29,634 nucleotides of DNA. It comes from an uncultured Verrucomicrobiae bacterium. GTDB taxonomy: Bacteria; Verrucomicrobiota; Verrucomicrobiia; Limisphaerales; JAFGQR01. This document shows, piece after piece, positions 29,159 through 29,634 of the stretch. Position 1 is the first letter of the stretch, and the number at the start of each line of letters is the position of its first letter. The translations under genes were made by a program, and so were the position numbers. The notes beneath the pieces are model-generated. The model saw nothing but the letters and a program-made list of their open reading frames with translations, was not told the origin of the DNA and searched no databases. Where the stretch lies: assembly GCA_963788655.1 (NCBI GenBank), contig CAWBHS010000015.1, positions 1 to 29,634 of the forward strand. The letters run 5' to 3'.

Positions 29159-29634
29159 AACTTTATTTATTTATCCGGACGGGCATACCACGATAAGCAG
29201 ACTGAAGTGATCGATATTGCCAACTCATAAAATTTACCTTTTCGAAGCATGCGCAGGATGGCGGAGTGATGTCGGGCTGGTCAAGCCAAAAAACAATGGA
29301 ACGTCCCAGCTACGGTCAAAAGAGTCCCATCAAGGCAGAAGGGGCAGAGGTTTGAAATGCGAGTCTGAAGAACAGCGACATGGCCGAAGCTGTGGCAGCC
29401 CCTGCCAAGTGTGGGCGGCACCACAGTTTACTCAGTGGGCCAAAAGCGCCTTAAAATTGGGGAAACCGTGGTCACGTCCGGATGCCAATAAAGCTAGTAC
29501 CTTAACTTGAAAGGAGGGATCGGAGAGCGGTCAATTCAATTTCATTACCGATTGTTTTTTCCAGTAACGACTTTCCCTCTTGTGTACCTTGTCCTGCCTG
29601 CACGTTAGAGCCTTTCTCAAGCGCAATGCCTCCC

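Noticed and set aside
29159..29634. Riboswitch or small gene upstream of the giant surface protein (ORF 29217..29510)
   Set aside because: No recognisable riboswitch consensus or protein motif; cannot be supported from the sequence alone.

Overview
Bacterial genomic DNA, GC-rich over most of the window and visibly less so after ~24.3 kb. Gene and repeat content suggests a Verrucomicrobia (PVC superphylum) genome; this is an inference from the H-X-DG prepilin, the '...RFFRL' C-terminal tails and the GGAG/GTAG-type REPs. In order: tRNA-Ser(GCT); two secreted glycoside hydrolases (GH5 and GH42-like); a minus-strand four-gene cluster (tandem-STN protein with no secretin barrel, prepilin-type H-X-DG protein, membrane-anchored double-PA14 protein, SGNH esterase); MnmC-like methyltransferase; yraN; rnhB; Tat-exported Gfo/Idh/MocA oxidoreductase; YceI; a DUF362 remnant; a Tat-exported AKR-like protein; LysR regulator; cdd; purine nucleoside phosphorylase; moeB/moeZ; M48 peptidase; a 93-aa internally deleted secreted protein; an O-methyltransferase with a signal peptide; and a ~1,540-aa multidomain surface protein (beta-propeller, LamG, PA14, Ig, laminin-IV, C-terminal tail). 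About 14 small indels break otherwise intact genes, most likely long-read sequencing error. Intergenic DNA holds four distinct REP/REPIN-like families, one nested inside another, plus heptamer repeats. No transposase, integrase or CRISPR array was seen. The best candidate for an undescribed system is the STN-pilin-PA14-esterase cluster at 5586-10723.
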